Source of the DNA: Octopus vulgaris
Taxonomy: Eukaryota
Assembly (NCBI GenBank): GCA_951406725.2
Contig: OX597831.1
Coordinates: 51,832,001 to 51,896,000 of the forward strand
Length of the DNA stretch: 64,000 nt
Reading direction: 5' to 3'
Below the pieces are notes generated by a model, which saw only the letters and a program-made list of their open reading frames with translations, made no database searches and was not told where the DNA came from. Positions within the stretch are counted from its first letter, which is position 1; every line of letters starts with the position of its first letter. Shown piece after piece: positions 1-14,613 of the stretch. Both the position numbers and the translations under genes were made by a program.

Positions 1-60
<60 letters not shown>

Positions 61-216
61 TCAATATAGGGTGGCAAAATTTTGTAGATAAATTTTGTAG
101 ACAGGGTAAATGTTTTTTAATTTTCTCCTGGTTTGCGGAATTAATGTTATTTTGCGGTTGAAGCTTTGGCTGTTATTTCTAGTGGGTGAATGGCCTATTA
201 TGGCCGTTCCTTGATT

Positions 217-290
<74 letters not shown>

Positions 291-647
291 GTTAGTGATT
301 ATACATTGTGTGCTTCTTACAGCATTAAGAGTTTTAAACTCTTATTTCTTGTAATATAAGTACTTTGGCACCCTCAGTCACAATTAATGATGATAAAACT
401 TTTCATTTATGGTATTATATTGCGCCCAGCTGTTTATATTAGTTTATATATAAATATATATATAAACACATTTAGCGGACGTTACTTGTATTATCTAAAA
501 CAGTTTGATTCGGCATGAAGCGATTTAAAGTTTCGCGGGCTTCTGACAGAAGCCCGTCTCTTTAGGGCTTAGATTACCGACATTAAGTCGCATGGAGCTG
601 TTTAAAATAATATACATACATGCATACACACACACACACACACACAC

Positions 648-689
<42 letters not shown>

Positions 690-1125
690 AGTGAGAGAGG
701 TAGAGTAAGTGAGAGAGATAGAGTAAGTGAGAGAGAGAGGGAGTGGGAGAGAGGGAACCAAAAATCAAACAGAAATAACAGTGTGATCAATGGCATGAAT
801 TTGAAAACGAGGAATAACGGTATATTAATACCATACTAGATAAATTCTTGTGGACGTAACCTAACATCGGAAGGTTACTATATTGATTCTACTTCCAGTT
901 ACCTTCATAATGATATTAAATTATGAGAGAGTTCTTGTTGTTTAAGTTGATACTAGCTCTTGGACAGTACTTAGGGGTTTTGCTATGCGTGACAAGAAAA
1001 GACTTGCGTACAGTTATTGGGCGTATGAAGGTTTAGATTGTGTATAAGCAGTCAAAAGCGTCCAGGGGATCGGAAACGTCAGCAGCAGCCGCTGTAGTAG
1101 TGGCAGGGGCAGCAGCAGCAGTAGC

Positions 1126-1158
<33 letters not shown>

Positions 1159-2146
1159 TGTTGTAGTTATTGATGTTGTAGCAGTGGGTACTATGGAGGT
1201 ACACAGCACAATAAAAACTGGAGTGTTTTCACGAGAGATTTGTCTGTTCGGAAATATGGTGTAAAAACTCTGACTGCCAGTCTGTCAACATGTATGTATG
1301 TGTGTATGTATGTAAGTGTATTCATGTATATTGCACGAATACGTGTTATTGTTTACCTATGATCAAAAGCGTTCCAGCCGTGACAATCGTTTCTTTATCT
1401 TAAGACTTCATTATTTTGTTTCTTTGACTTTTGGTTAAGACTATAGGATTTCATTTTATTAACAATCCTAGCAGGCCTAGAGGTTCCCGTGGGGCTCTAT
1501 GTGTAGCTTGGTAGTGCTTGTATACATTGCCCCAAATATATAGGGAGTTTTCTCACAACAGGGCGTATGTATGCCTTGTGAAAAATCAACAACTGTTTTT
1601 GAGCCAAAATATTTGTTTGACGTTCCAAGACAAAAACCAGGCTTTTTGTATTATTGACTATGTTAAGAATGTGTGGTCGTCATCAGATGGCATTACACAT
1701 TGTTGTATAAGGAACACTTGATATTAGACATATGTTACGAACTACTGGTTTGGTTCATAAACTGACATCGTAGCTGAACAAAAATCATTGTTTATGTTAA
1801 GTGATATAACCATTTCGGGGTTTGGGGAATATATTTCCTGTGATACTTTTAGTGGACAGAAGAATGTAAGTGTAGCATATTGATACCTTACTCTTACGCC
1901 CGTGTTTTTAACTCGCTGAAGTAAGTAAAGTATGGCCATGCTGGGGCACTGCAACCCATTTTAGTATGAGCGTGGGATTCATGAAAATTGACGAAACTGA
2001 ACACGAGATACTTACTCGTTCATTAATGGATCGGAGTTGAACGGCAATTATCACGTGTGAGGCGAATCCGTCTGTAATCAAACTCTATTATGAAGATTAC
2101 TCTCAACAACTAAATATCAATATCAGATTTGACTTTGCATTTAGCC

Positions 2147-2337
2147 TGTTTCAGTCATTTGACTGCGGCCAAACTGGAGTACATCCTTAAGAGATTTTAG
2201 TGGAAGAAATTCACCCCAAGACTTATTCTTTGTAAGCTTAGTACTTATTCTATCGGTCTCTTTTGCGGAACCGTTAAGTTACGGAGACGAAACACGCACA
2301 CATACACACACACACACACATACACGCACACACATAC

Positions 2338-2428
<91 letters not shown>

Positions 2429-2833
2429 GGGCAGCGAGCTGGCAGAAACGTTAGCGCGCCGGGCGAAATGCTTAGCGGTATTTCGTCTGTCGTTACGTTC
2501 TGAGTTCAAATTCCGCCGAGGTTGACTTTGCCTTTCATCCTTTCGGGGTCGATAAATAAAGTACCAGTTTCGCACTGGGGTTGATGTAATCGACTTAATC
2601 CCTTTGTCTGTCCTTGTTTGTCCTCTTTGTGTTTAGCCCCTTGTGGGTAGTAAAGAAATATATATATATTCGACAAGCTTCTTTCAGTTTCTTTCTATTA
2701 ACTTCACTCACAAGGCTTTGCTCGGCCTGGGGATATAGTAGAAGACACTTGCCCAAGGTGCCACGAATCAGGAATGAACCCAAAACCATGCGGTTGGGAA
2801 GCAAGGTTCTTACCACACAGCCACGCCAGCGCC
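2147..2833 (-). mobile_element. SINE family A copy (tRNA-like head, internal microsatellite) with a SINE-B inserted in its microsatellite
   Basis: Reverse complement of the family A sequence seen at 25626-26000 and 41621-42010. Confidence 0.85.
2429..2660 (+). mobile_element. SINE family B, long-tail form
   Basis: Head gcagcgagctggcagaa...gagttcaaattcc (B-box-like), central gactttgcctttcatcctttcggggtcgat, tail ttagccccttgtgggtagtaaagaaata. Confidence 0.85.
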
Positions 2834-3786
2834 TTTTTATTTTCTTACTTAAGCCTTTCGTTCCCTATGGAGCATAAGCCTTCGGCTACTTTTCTCCAGT
2901 TCTTGATTTTTGTGCTGTCTTTTCTGCTTCTCTCCAGTTGGACCCGTGCTTTTTTCGGCTCTGCCTTTCGGATTTTGCTACACCGTGTTATATCTTCTCC
3001 CGAGGGAAGGCCTTCCCCTCACAGGTGTTGTAGGTTTTGAATTGTCACCGATGCTTCTACAAACTTACTTTCTCTGGAGGTAGAGACGTTGGTATCAAGC
3101 AAGTTCATTTTTACCTCTGGGAAGAGGTAGTCAATATTAGTCTAATCTCCTACCTTTGACCAGCGTATTAGTCTAGCCTTTAACCTTTCACTTGTCTAAG
3201 CATAGTATCACTGGCATTGTTCTCAGGAAGACCGTAAATCAGTTCACATTTATCGATATACTGTATCACTTCTGTTGTTTTCTATAGAACTATGAATATT
3301 ACTCCATAACAATTTGGATATGTTAGAAGCCTTTCAAATGGAATTCTTTTACTAAATCCTCAGTCTACTGCAAATTAAACGTCAGTGGAAGGATTGCATG
3401 CACGAAATTGTTTATTCAACTGAATATTTCCGAATTAAATCCGATTCAGTGTTCGAGAGGATAATGCCATTTGAGGCGAATATTTAAGATTGCCGCACAA
3501 ACTACTCACATGTTTTTACTTTTAAGAATGGAAAGTACACAGAAGAGTATGGAAAAAATACTTAACTGAAATGATCCCAAAACATCTGGAGAAATTAAGG
3601 ATAATCAGTACTGATGCAGAGCATTTGGTTAAAAAAACTGTTTTTAACATGGAAGAAATTGTCCATGAATGATGAGTAACTACGAAGAGAAAGTGAAAAA
3701 GGAAACTCTAAAAAGCATACTCAAACCTCTGACTCGACTTGCATAAGTTCTGTCTCCTCATTTATTTTCTTATATTGCTATTACAG

Positions 3787-3837
3787 TGGCTTCTTCTCCA
3801 CGTGGTTTACTGCCACATCAATTTAAAACACCAACAG
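3787..3837 (+). CDS. Candidate 51-nt exon (phase 1-1) of the DUF885-family gene: (V)ASSPRGLLPHQFKTPT(E)
   Basis: Pyrimidine tract plus ttacAG acceptor and GTAACT donor. The frame is open, and the trailing G joins the AG at 5251 to give GAG (Glu) in frame. No family motif in this segment. Confidence 0.55.
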
Positions 3838-4177
3838 GTAACTAGTCTTTCTCGTCGTCACCAATATTGCGTTCAGCTCAAAGAGAAACATTCAACCATT
3901 TTGAATTACGCAAATCTTATAATATACAGATAATTTAGTTAACAGGCCAGAGTTACCTCGTTACGGCCAGACACTTTGCTGGTCTAAGGGTCAGCAATGG
4001 CTACCAACCTTTTGAGAGCGGTGACCATTGGTACCAGTTACCATAGTAACTGTCTTCAGAATTGCACTAATTGCTGTCGTGGGTTTTGGGGACACTCATC
4101 ACTTTACTGTCATCCTAAAAATTGAATACACTTTAACCAGCTCTGACCAACGGATCAGTCCGAACGTCGAAGAGCAG

Positions 4178-4240
<63 letters not shown>

Positions 4241-4243
<3 letters not shown>

Positions 4244-4273
4244 TTTTGTGAGTTGGCTGTTGCCTTTGTTATA

Positions 4274-4349
<76 letters not shown>

Positions 4350-4381
4350 TATAACAAAGGCAACACCAACTCACAAAAATT
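4241..4381. repeat. Inverted repeat with ~30-bp arms centred on a (TA)n tract
   Basis: aatttttgtgagttggctgttgcctttgtt ... aacaaaggcaacaccaactcacaaaaatt. Confidence 0.9.
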
Positions 4382-4629
4382 TTTTTTTTTTGCTTGAGAA
4401 TTACAGACCAGGTATTTCCGGCCTACGAATTGAAGACATTTTAATTCCTATTTCGTTCAAGCTTGTTCGATTTGCTATTTGACTCTAGCCTGTCATGATT
4501 TTACGATTATTTCTTTTACTATCATAGCTTGTATGTGTGATGTACTTGGTGTTACGGTTGTCATATGGTAAATTGTAAAGAATCTTACCAACGATTAGAT
4601 ACCATATGTTTTGTACACACACACACACA

Positions 4630-4682
<53 letters not shown>

Positions 4683-5062
4683 TTTGTTATTGTTATTGTA
4701 TCTATAAGCTTATGTCTTCTGTATTTTGCATGTTAACGTTTTTTTTCTTATTTTGAGTTTAATGTGTTCTTTTCACACTATTTGATTCTTGTCTGAAGTC
4801 GTTTGTTATTTGTTACTAGAGTTCATTGAAAACCGTATTAATACTCATAAAATTTTCTGTTCCATTCAAGTATTATTATTGCCATGAATAAAATACGTAG
4901 TTCAACTATTCTTATAGCCAATACTTGATATCTGCATTTCAAATACAAAATCTGTAGTGATTGGTGTCGAATATCGCTGAGCAGTCGATTATATTTACAT
5001 TTCGCTATTACCGTTACTTATTTGCTCAGCCATAACCACTATTATAATAAAAACAAAAAACA

Positions 5063-5119
<57 letters not shown>

Positions 5120-5126
5120 CACACAC

Positions 5127-5165
<39 letters not shown>

Positions 5166-5250
5166 ACACACACACACAGACTCAAACTGTCAGCAAGATG
5201 CAAATTTTATATGAATGATAATGTTATATTGTCTTTTTTTTCTTCTTCAG

Positions 5251-5402
5251 AGAATGGAGACGAAGAGAAGTTACGGAATGCAGAAGAAAGAATCTTTCGC
5301 CACATTTTAAAGGAAAACCCGGAATTTGCAACATATTATTCCTTCCATGATTATAACGACAAACTGGAGTCCTTTTCACTAGAGGCTTTTCAACGTCGAA
5401 AG
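5251..5402 (+). CDS. DUF885-family gene exon: NGDEEKLRNAEERIFRHILKENPEFATYYSFHDYNDKLESFSLEAFQRRK
   Basis: ttttcttcttcAG acceptor, GTAAAG donor, phase 1 to 0. Matches the DUF885 N-terminal pattern (P-E-x-A-T...Y-x-D-x-L). Confidence 0.9.
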
Positions 5403-5409
5403 GTAAAGC

Positions 5410-5450
<41 letters not shown>

Positions 5451-5502
5451 AAATATTGAATTTCTAAATCTCTCGTAGAGACATGTACGGTGGTAGGGCA
5501 AC

Positions 5503-5567
<65 letters not shown>

Positions 5568-5879
5568 TTAGTTGAGTTAGTGGTTAAAATAACCGTCTGA
5601 GGGATAGAAGTATCCATTACACTACCGGTATATTACCTATATTTAACCATAGGCATACATATACAAGCATATTATGTTCATAAGTAATAGGTAAAGACAA
5701 GGATAAACATGGGTTTATCAAGAATCAAAATTTAAAGAAAACAGAAAATGGAGAAGTACTGATGAACAACACTTGACTTACATCAATTATTATTTATTAA
5801 TTCAATGCAAATAGACTGCATCCCATCTAACAGCTGTTTCTGCTTCTAATGTTGTATGGTATTGCCATTGATATGCAAT

Positions 5880-5924
<45 letters not shown>

Positions 5925-5925
<1 letters not shown>

Positions 5926-6067
5926 CCCCAGGACATTCTTTGTAGGCCTAATACTAATTCTATCGGTATCTTTTGCCGAACTGCTAAGTTGTGGAGACGT
6001 AAACATACCAACATCGGTTATCAAGCTGTGGTGGCGGGGTGAGGGAACAACACAGACACACACACAT

Positions 6068-6124
<57 letters not shown>

Positions 6125-6303
6125 CACACATACACACATACGACGGTCTTCCTTCAGTCTTTGTCTACCAAATCCACACCCAAGGCTTTGGTCGGCACGA
6201 GGCTATAGTAAAAGTCACTTGCCCAAGGTCCCATTCAGTGGGACAGAACCCAAAACCATGTGGTTGGGAAGCAAGCTTCTTACCACACAGCCACGCCTGC
6301 GCC
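5925..6303 (-). mobile_element. SINE family A copy (3' end lost at an (ATAG)n tract)
   Basis: Similarity to other family A copies. Confidence 0.85.
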
Positions 6304-6397
6304 TACACTATGCTTATACTTTACATAACGTCCAGTAACTGTCACGTTAACGTCTTTAATTATACCAGATAATAATTATTTACTCAATAAACACATT

Positions 6398-6745
6398 ATG
6401 TGGCTGTGTGGTAAGAAGCTTACTTCCCAACCACAAAGTTTCGGGTTCAGTTCTTCTGCGTAGCACCTTAAGCAAGTGTCTTCTACTACAGTCTTGGGCC
6501 GACCAAAGTCTAGTGAGGGGATTTGATAGAAGAAACTGAAAGAAGCCCGTGACATCTCTCTATCTCTACCTATATCTATGTGTGTGTTTGTGTCTGTATT
6601 TTCTCCCTCACCACCACTTGACAACCGGTGTTGGTGTGTTTACGTCTCTGTAAATTAGTAGTTCGGCAACAGAGACCGATAGAATAAGCGCTAGGCTTTT
6701 TAAAATAAAGTCCTGGGTTGATTTGTTCCACTAAAAAAACCTTCA
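6398..6745 (+). mobile_element. SINE family A copy, inverted relative to 5925-6303
   Basis: tggctgtgtggtaagaagc...ttcgggttcagttc...aagtgtcttctacta... Confidence 0.85.
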
Positions 6746-6789
6746 GAAAAATATACTTCTTGGTGCTATATACACATAATCAAAATATC

Positions 6790-6960
6790 AAGGTCTGAAA
6801 TCTTTTGGAGAAGGGACTTGATTACATTGACCCCAGTGCTCGACTGGTATTTATTTAATCGATATCCCAAAAAGATAAAAGGCGAATTCGACCTCGGTGG
6901 AATTTGAACTCCACTAAGCATCCTTTCTAGCGTGCTGACGATTCCATCAACTCACCGCTT
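6790..6960 (-). mobile_element. SINE family B, diverged copy
   Basis: Reverse complement of the B central domain (gaccccagtgctcgactggta...gacctcggtggaatttgaactc). Confidence 0.7.
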
Positions 6961-7437
6961 TATCTTCTCTTAATGTAATATGTGATAGACTAGGTAAGAG
7001 TGCACTACATGAAAAATGGCGCAATTGCTAAATTGAAGAACCCTTGATTGCAGCTAAATAATATCGACATTTTCCGTTATCGGTCGAATGTATTTATGTA
7101 ATTAAGAGACTGAAAGACGGCATTACAAAGGCTTCGCTATTTGTTCTGCTACCGGTTCACTACTTACTTTTCAAACAGATGCGTCTGCATCATCAATACG
7201 CCTTGTCGTAATGCCAAATACGCAACCAATTTGCTTCTATTCACATAGATTGAATGAGATTGAAAAGAAGCGGAGTTAGAACTCATTGAAATAATTAAAT
7301 CTGTCGAAATGCGTCTCACATACACACGTGCATAAACACACCCACATACGGATATACATGTATCATGCATGGATGTATGTAGGTACATGTGTATGTAAGT
7401 ATGCATATATGCACGCACACACACACATACACACACA

Positions 7438-7472
<35 letters not shown>

Positions 7473-7794
7473 TCATATGCATACAACGTGATGACAAAAG
7501 ACGTTTAGGAGCTGACCATACGCTTACAATAAACAGATACACTCAGATGAATTTTCCATTTCATTCGCTTGTGCAGGTTTAGATCAAATTTTTATTAATT
7601 TCCATCAAGTAGTAATGGTAAAAACTTTGTAATAAGTAAACAAAATTAAAAATTAAACACGTAAACTTTATGCATGTTTTCCCACGTAATTCCTTAATTT
7701 CAAATTCAAATGTTTAAATCCCGCCTTATAATTATGAAGAAATGATTATCTCCCTTGCAATCACTAGGGAAACCGCGTTTATTAATTTGAACTT

Positions 7795-8570
<776 letters not shown>

Positions 8571-9374
8571 GCCTTCAAAACAGTGAGTCTGAAGAGCAGC
8601 TTATGGGTGTTGCTACAAAGGAAATCCTTAAATTTCACTCACTAAATATTCGAGGTCTAAAAGCTTTACAAAATATTCTTCTAAGTTTCAGATCAACATA
8701 TTCAGCAGATATAGTTAAAGGCAGGAAGACAACTAAAACGTCTGTTACTAAGTTGCAATTATCAATTCAATGTTAGCATCGTCATGCCGAGCATGCTTGC
8801 TTCCAACAACAAATTGTGCCTTTTGAAATTAGTTGGTGTATAATTTAATCTCGTGCTTTTTCGCGATGTCTTTGCTAAGTTCCTATTTACATTGCCTCCA
8901 CCCAAATTTTTGCTGAGATGGCTACCGATATGATACAATTGTTTTTATTGCTTTTTTATATGCTTTCGTAAGATGTCCTGTCATCTTACAATTAAAGCAT
9001 CGTTATCAACAGCAGAATGTTATTTCGGTTTTGTAAGGGAAGTTTTTGATCGACACCTAAAATACAAGTGTTGCTCAAACTGAACTTAATTTCTCCACAC
9101 CAGCATAAGGATTGTGGGCTATCGTAGTAACGATGCCTATAACACTACCAGTGGATTCGTTCAACATGAACCTAGAAATTGCATCCTGCAACATTAAGAC
9201 AAGACAAAGCTTTGAAAAATTAACTTTCGATCGCTTTCATTTATATCTGTAGCAAAAAAGTAATTTCCATTAGCCTTTTCTGCAAATGATACAGGAAATT
9301 TACGGTATTTATGTTATTTATCTAAGAGAGCTGGCAAAGTCATAAAAAAGCTGTTAATATCGTACAATGAATTA

Positions 9375-9815
9375 AAGCGGTGAGCTGGCAGAACCGTTAG
9401 AACGCCGGGCAAAAAGCTTAGTGGCATTTCGTCCGTCTTTACAGTCTGAGTTCAAATTCCGTCGAGGTCGACTTTGCCTTTCATCCTTTCGGGATCGATA
9501 AATTAAGTACCAGTTGCGTACTGAGGAAGTTCTAATCGACTGGCCCCCTCCCCACAAATTTCGGGTCTTGTGCCTAGAGTAGAAAAGAATATCATACAAT
9601 GAATTAAAGCGGTGAGCTGGCAGAACCGTTAGCACGCCGGGCAAAAAGCTTAGTGGCATTTCGTTCCTTCTTTACAGTCTGAGTTCAAATTCCGCCGAGG
9701 TCGACTTTGCCTTTCATCCTTTCGGGGTCGATAAATTAAGTACCAGTTGAGCACTAGGGTCGATGTAATCGACTCTCCTCCCCCTCCCAAAATTACTGGC
9801 CTTGTACCAAAATTT
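9375..9815 (+). mobile_element. Two tandem SINE-B copies with different 3' tails and a duplicated upstream flank
   Basis: aatatcRtacaatgaattaaagcggtgagctggcagaaccgttag occurs twice, ~230 bp apart. Confidence 0.85.
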
Positions 9816-10668
9816 AAAATGAAGGATATTGGATTCTGACTTCGATTTAGACGTACGAGCGTTCATTCGTTCGATCAAACGAACAAGTTGTTCAGTGAAA
9901 AAGCGTCCGAAGTGGCTGAGTATTTCACAAACACGTGCATCCTTTACGTAGTCTCAGGTAGAATCAGTGTGATAAGGTTGGACCTCTGAAACACGAGAAC
10001 AAACTATCTAATAGTTCCTTTACAGTCTCCACCGACCCAAATTCACTCGCTAAAACTTATATGGACCAGAAATTATGATATAAAACGTGCCCAAGGTGCC
10101 ACGCGGTAGTATCGGACCCGCTATTTCATGGTTGCGAAGCGAACTTCTTAACCACACATCCATGTCTTCTTTCACATTCATTCAATGCTCATAGTTTTAT
10201 TCATTCACTGAATGTGTTTCTACTGCTAGTAAATTTAAATGCAATGGAATATTTTTCTGTTCAACAGCACACAAAGCCATCTCTTGCCTTCTCTTTTGTA
10301 ATTCGAAGCCACTCTATTTCATACTAATCACAAGCTCTTATATCTCTATATCTCCTAAACTTAACTTTTCCGTTAAATTCATCTTATTGTTCTCATCTGG
10401 TTTGTGAGTCAAAGATTTCCTTCAAACTGGATAATAAATTTATCAAAAGCTTCTGCAGGATTATCATCCTTCAACATATGTGGCTTGATTCTGATTGATG
10501 ATAGAACTGATTATCGTAACTTCTCAAGCATAAATATTGTTGCAATTTGTAATTTCAAGAAGCCACTATACAATTATAGACGTATTTCACACTTCAGAAG
10601 ATTTTAACTAACGAAGTCATTTCATAAACCTTTTATAATAAGCGGAGATTGAGCAAGCATGTACACGA

Positions 10669-10715
<47 letters not shown>

Positions 10716-10728
10716 ACACACACACACG

Positions 10729-10770
<42 letters not shown>

Positions 10771-10779
10771 CATACATAT

Positions 10780-10858
<79 letters not shown>

Positions 10859-10898
10859 AATATATATATAAATATATATACTTACATATATACATATA

Positions 10899-11270
10899 CA
10901 AAGTCTGATCAATAAGTAACCGGACTATTGCCATAGTAACGAAGCTAAAGCACGGAGAGTGAAGCTGCATGGGACAGATTGACCTTGACCTCTGCTGTGC
11001 ATGCGCACTAAGTTTTAACGTTCTAGCTCACTTCTTCTGTTTACAGCAACGCTTGGAAGGAACGTGTGTAGTGAATTATCGTCGCATTGACCATGACAAA
11101 GCAAGTAGTCATGGCGATACCTGCTCAGAGGCTTACGCAAAGTAGCTGAACGTATATGGAAGAGGAGTGTACGAGTGGCTCAGACGTTTCCAACATGGCC
11201 GAAAAAATGTCGATATTGGGAAACCCCAACCAGCAGAACTGAGAAAAACATCGTAGAATTTTGTAGGTAG
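10899..11270 (+). mobile_element. Mariner-like transposon 5' fragment (TIR plus decayed N-terminal HTH)
   Basis: TA followed by TIR-like caaagtctgatcaataagtaaccggact; translated remnant VYEWLRRFQHGRKNVD. Confidence 0.7.
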
Positions 11271-11344
11271 ATACCGTGCAGAAAACTGACGTGTATACAT
11301 ATATATTTACATGCATACATATACACGCAGACACAGGAACACAC

Positions 11345-11386
<42 letters not shown>

Positions 11387-13952
11387 ACACACGTCCATGT
11401 ACATGTATGTGTGTGTTTGTGTGTGGGACAGTGAAAACCCCGAGTCAATTTGCAGCCAATAAATTATAACATAGCCATGCGATAAGTTTCAATAAAATGA
11501 GTACACGACTTGAATAATAACTGGGATTGACATCGTTGGTTTGTAACGATAAGATATTTCTGTTTTGAGCTGTCACCAAACAAACTATCTATTGTTATCA
11601 CCAACATCAGAGAAAATATTCACATCAAGTTAAATAGTTCGAAGATTATCTATGACGTTGTTTCGAGAATGACATAAGCCGTTGGTTTAAGCTGCGTCGT
11701 CGTCGTCATCTAGTGGTCTTGGTTGCCCTACAGATCCTGTTTGCGGCTGACTAGTTTAAAGCATGCACAGCAACCCTCAGCTGATCGGTTTCAAGTGTGC
11801 AACTCTACTCGCTCTATTTATAGTGTAGCGTGTAGCCATTTTCAAATAATAGCGCCAATTTGTTGTAGCTGGCAATATGATGTATGACTGTCAATATGAT
11901 TGTCGTTTTCCCACTGGTTGATATAACTGCTCATATAGGAATTCTAAAAATTAGTTAAAGAATATTTTTATGTGATTTCGATTCTTTAAAGTTGAGCAGT
12001 TATAAAAACCCTGGATTTTGGGAAAAACTCTAGTGTTTGTGGGTGGTAACTAAACTCCACGACACTCACTCCTTTGAGACATTGGTTATTTTTTTATGCC
12101 ATGTCTATGAAAAATCCAACAAGACTTGTTTGAATTGATGAGATCTATAATAGTTAGAATGAGGAATTAGTTAGCTAAAATATTAGGTCATAATTCTCTA
12201 CGACAAAATTACTTTACTTCAAATTGTATTATAAATATTAAAAATGCTATATGTACATAATAAAATATGTACATAATAAAATGTAGAAATTATTTTCTCT
12301 TTCTTCACGTTCTTCAACTTATTAATGAAATGTATTTCTGTAATTATGAAACTGTATTTTTATAGCGGTTAAAAGAACACGAAATTATTCATATTCAACA
12401 TACATGCACACTTAATTTTCATTAGCGTTCCAGAAAATATATTTCTCGCTATGGCGTTTATGTAGCTGGAGTCAGGATTTACATATAATGATAACACTTA
12501 TAAGTAAGTTATGAGTGACGGTTTTATCATTATATATCCTTACAACAAAAGCTAAATATATTTATCTATTTCCAAATAGGAAACAATAAAGTAGCGTTAC
12601 ACTAACAGTAAACAAACCAACCAGAAAATATCCGCTATGTAAGAAAAACTGGTAGTTTGCTGTAATAGCTATTTCTTCCAAAGAGATAACGGTGCCAAAA
12701 AGGTGGAATTGTTAATGACATCCGTGTTATTAATTATTTCTGACATAATCAATAATTAAGCGAATCATGTTCGTGTTGTTTAGATTTTGTTTTCTTATTT
12801 GCTTCGGATACAGTGATCTGGGTTTCATTTCTAGGGGTGAGTTGATATTTGGAACTACTAAGTATTCATGCTTCAGGTAAAAGCAACTGAAGCCCATGCC
12901 GTAGTATTATTTCAGTGCTGTAGTCAGAAGACTGCCGCTAGTAAAAAAAATTAAAATGCTATATACACAGACTTAGACGATCTACTGGAAACAACAGCCA
13001 CATTTTCTATAAATTATATCCTAAAAGAAAACGAAAAGAAAAACAAAAACACAAAGTATAATGTAGTTCATATAGTGATTCTGAAAGGAAAAAAGAAAAT
13101 GAGATGGTCAAGAATCAGAAAATTAGAACGACTTTGATCGTAGGTCTCTTCGGTCCGACGTTACCTGAAAATATAACAAGAAAATTACACACGGGGGTGC
13201 GCACAAGTACATATGCTTATGCATGTATGAGTGTAGATGGCTAATTGAATATCTTAAAGTTAAATTATGCGACAGATTACCTCATGCGACAAATAAGCAT
13301 GTTTTGTTGATGAAGCGCTCATAAGATCGTGTAATTAGATATTTTATAAACGATCTCTCGTGTTTTGTTTATTATGTATAAGTGCACACACACAAACACA
13401 CATACACGCGCATACACACTCACACACACACATATATACATACACATACACACTTATACATACTGTACATATATAGAGAGCTGGAATGAGAATAAATGTT
13501 TAGATACAAAGAAGATATGGAGTAAATTATATTTTTGTAATTAGAGTCTTTTATATTCGTGACGTATTTTATGTTGTATAAAGAAAACAAGCTTAACAAG
13601 CCAATTAAGTACATCTTCATTAGCTAATTATTTTCAAGTAGTATTATACACTAGTTTGGGAAAGAGCTAGACATGCATAATGAATTAGTGTATACATGCA
13701 TAAATATTGTTAGTGAGTGTTCAGTTATGTCGAAATAGATTTCAAGATATGTTAAAATTCAAGAAAGTGGTAAAAAAGTTAAGGAATTAATGAATATGTA
13801 TTTGAACAATAGATTCTTTAATTAAACAGATAAGAAGTGTAGAGGGGTTGTATTAATTAGATATATTCCTTACATTTAATTATGCAAAATGGATAACTCG
13901 AAAATGGCATTTTCTACCTAAATATATGATATAAGTAATTAATATTGGTTTT

Positions 13953-14175
13953 AGGGCGGCGAGCAGGCAGAATCTTTAGCACGCGGGCGAAATGCGGTAT
14001 TTTGTCGGCCGTTACGTTCTGAGTTCAAATTTTGCCGAGGGCGACTTGGCCTTTCATCCTTTTGGAGTCGATTAAATAAGTACTAGTTACGCACTGGGGT
14101 CGATGTATTCGACTTAATCCCTTTATCTGTCCTTGTTTGTCTCCTCTATGTTTAGCCCCCTGTGGGCAATAAAAA
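13953..14175 (+). mobile_element. SINE family B long-tail copy with ~15-bp TSD
   Basis: Flanks aattaatattggttt / aattaatgttggttt. Confidence 0.85.
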
Positions 14176-14186
14176 AATTAATTAAT

Positions 14187-14582
14187 GTTGGTTTCAAGCT
14201 TTGGCACAAGGCCAGCAAGTTCTGGGGAGGGGTAGGTCGATTATATCAACCCCAGTGCTCGACTGTTACTTATTTTATCAACCCCGAAAGGATGAAAGGC
14301 AAAACCGACCTCGGCGAAATTTGAACTCAACGTAAAGACGAACGAAATGCCTATTTCTTTACTACCCACAAGGGGCTAAACAAAGAAGGAAAAAACAAGG
14401 GCAGACAACCGGATTAAATCGATTACATCGACCCCAGTGTGTAACTGGTACTTAATTTATCGACCCCGAAAGGATGAAAGGCAAAGTCGACCTCGGCGGA
14501 ATTTGAACTCAGAACGTAACGGCAGACGACATACGGCTACGCATTTCGCCCGGCGTGCTGACGTTTCTGCCAACTCGCCGCC
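14187..14582 (-). mobile_element. Nested SINE-B: long-tail copy (14352-14582) joined into the head of a short-tail copy
   Basis: The minus strand reads ...tgggtagtaaagaaata|ggcatttcgttcgtctttacg... Confidence 0.85.
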
Positions 14583-14613
14583 TTGATATAAGTTATTGAT
14601 ATTAGCAGATGAG

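Noticed and set aside
1800-1930. GTAAGT donor-like sites as a candidate first (signal peptide) exon
   Set aside because: No upstream ATG-initiated hydrophobic frame in phase 1 was found; the first exon is probably outside the window.
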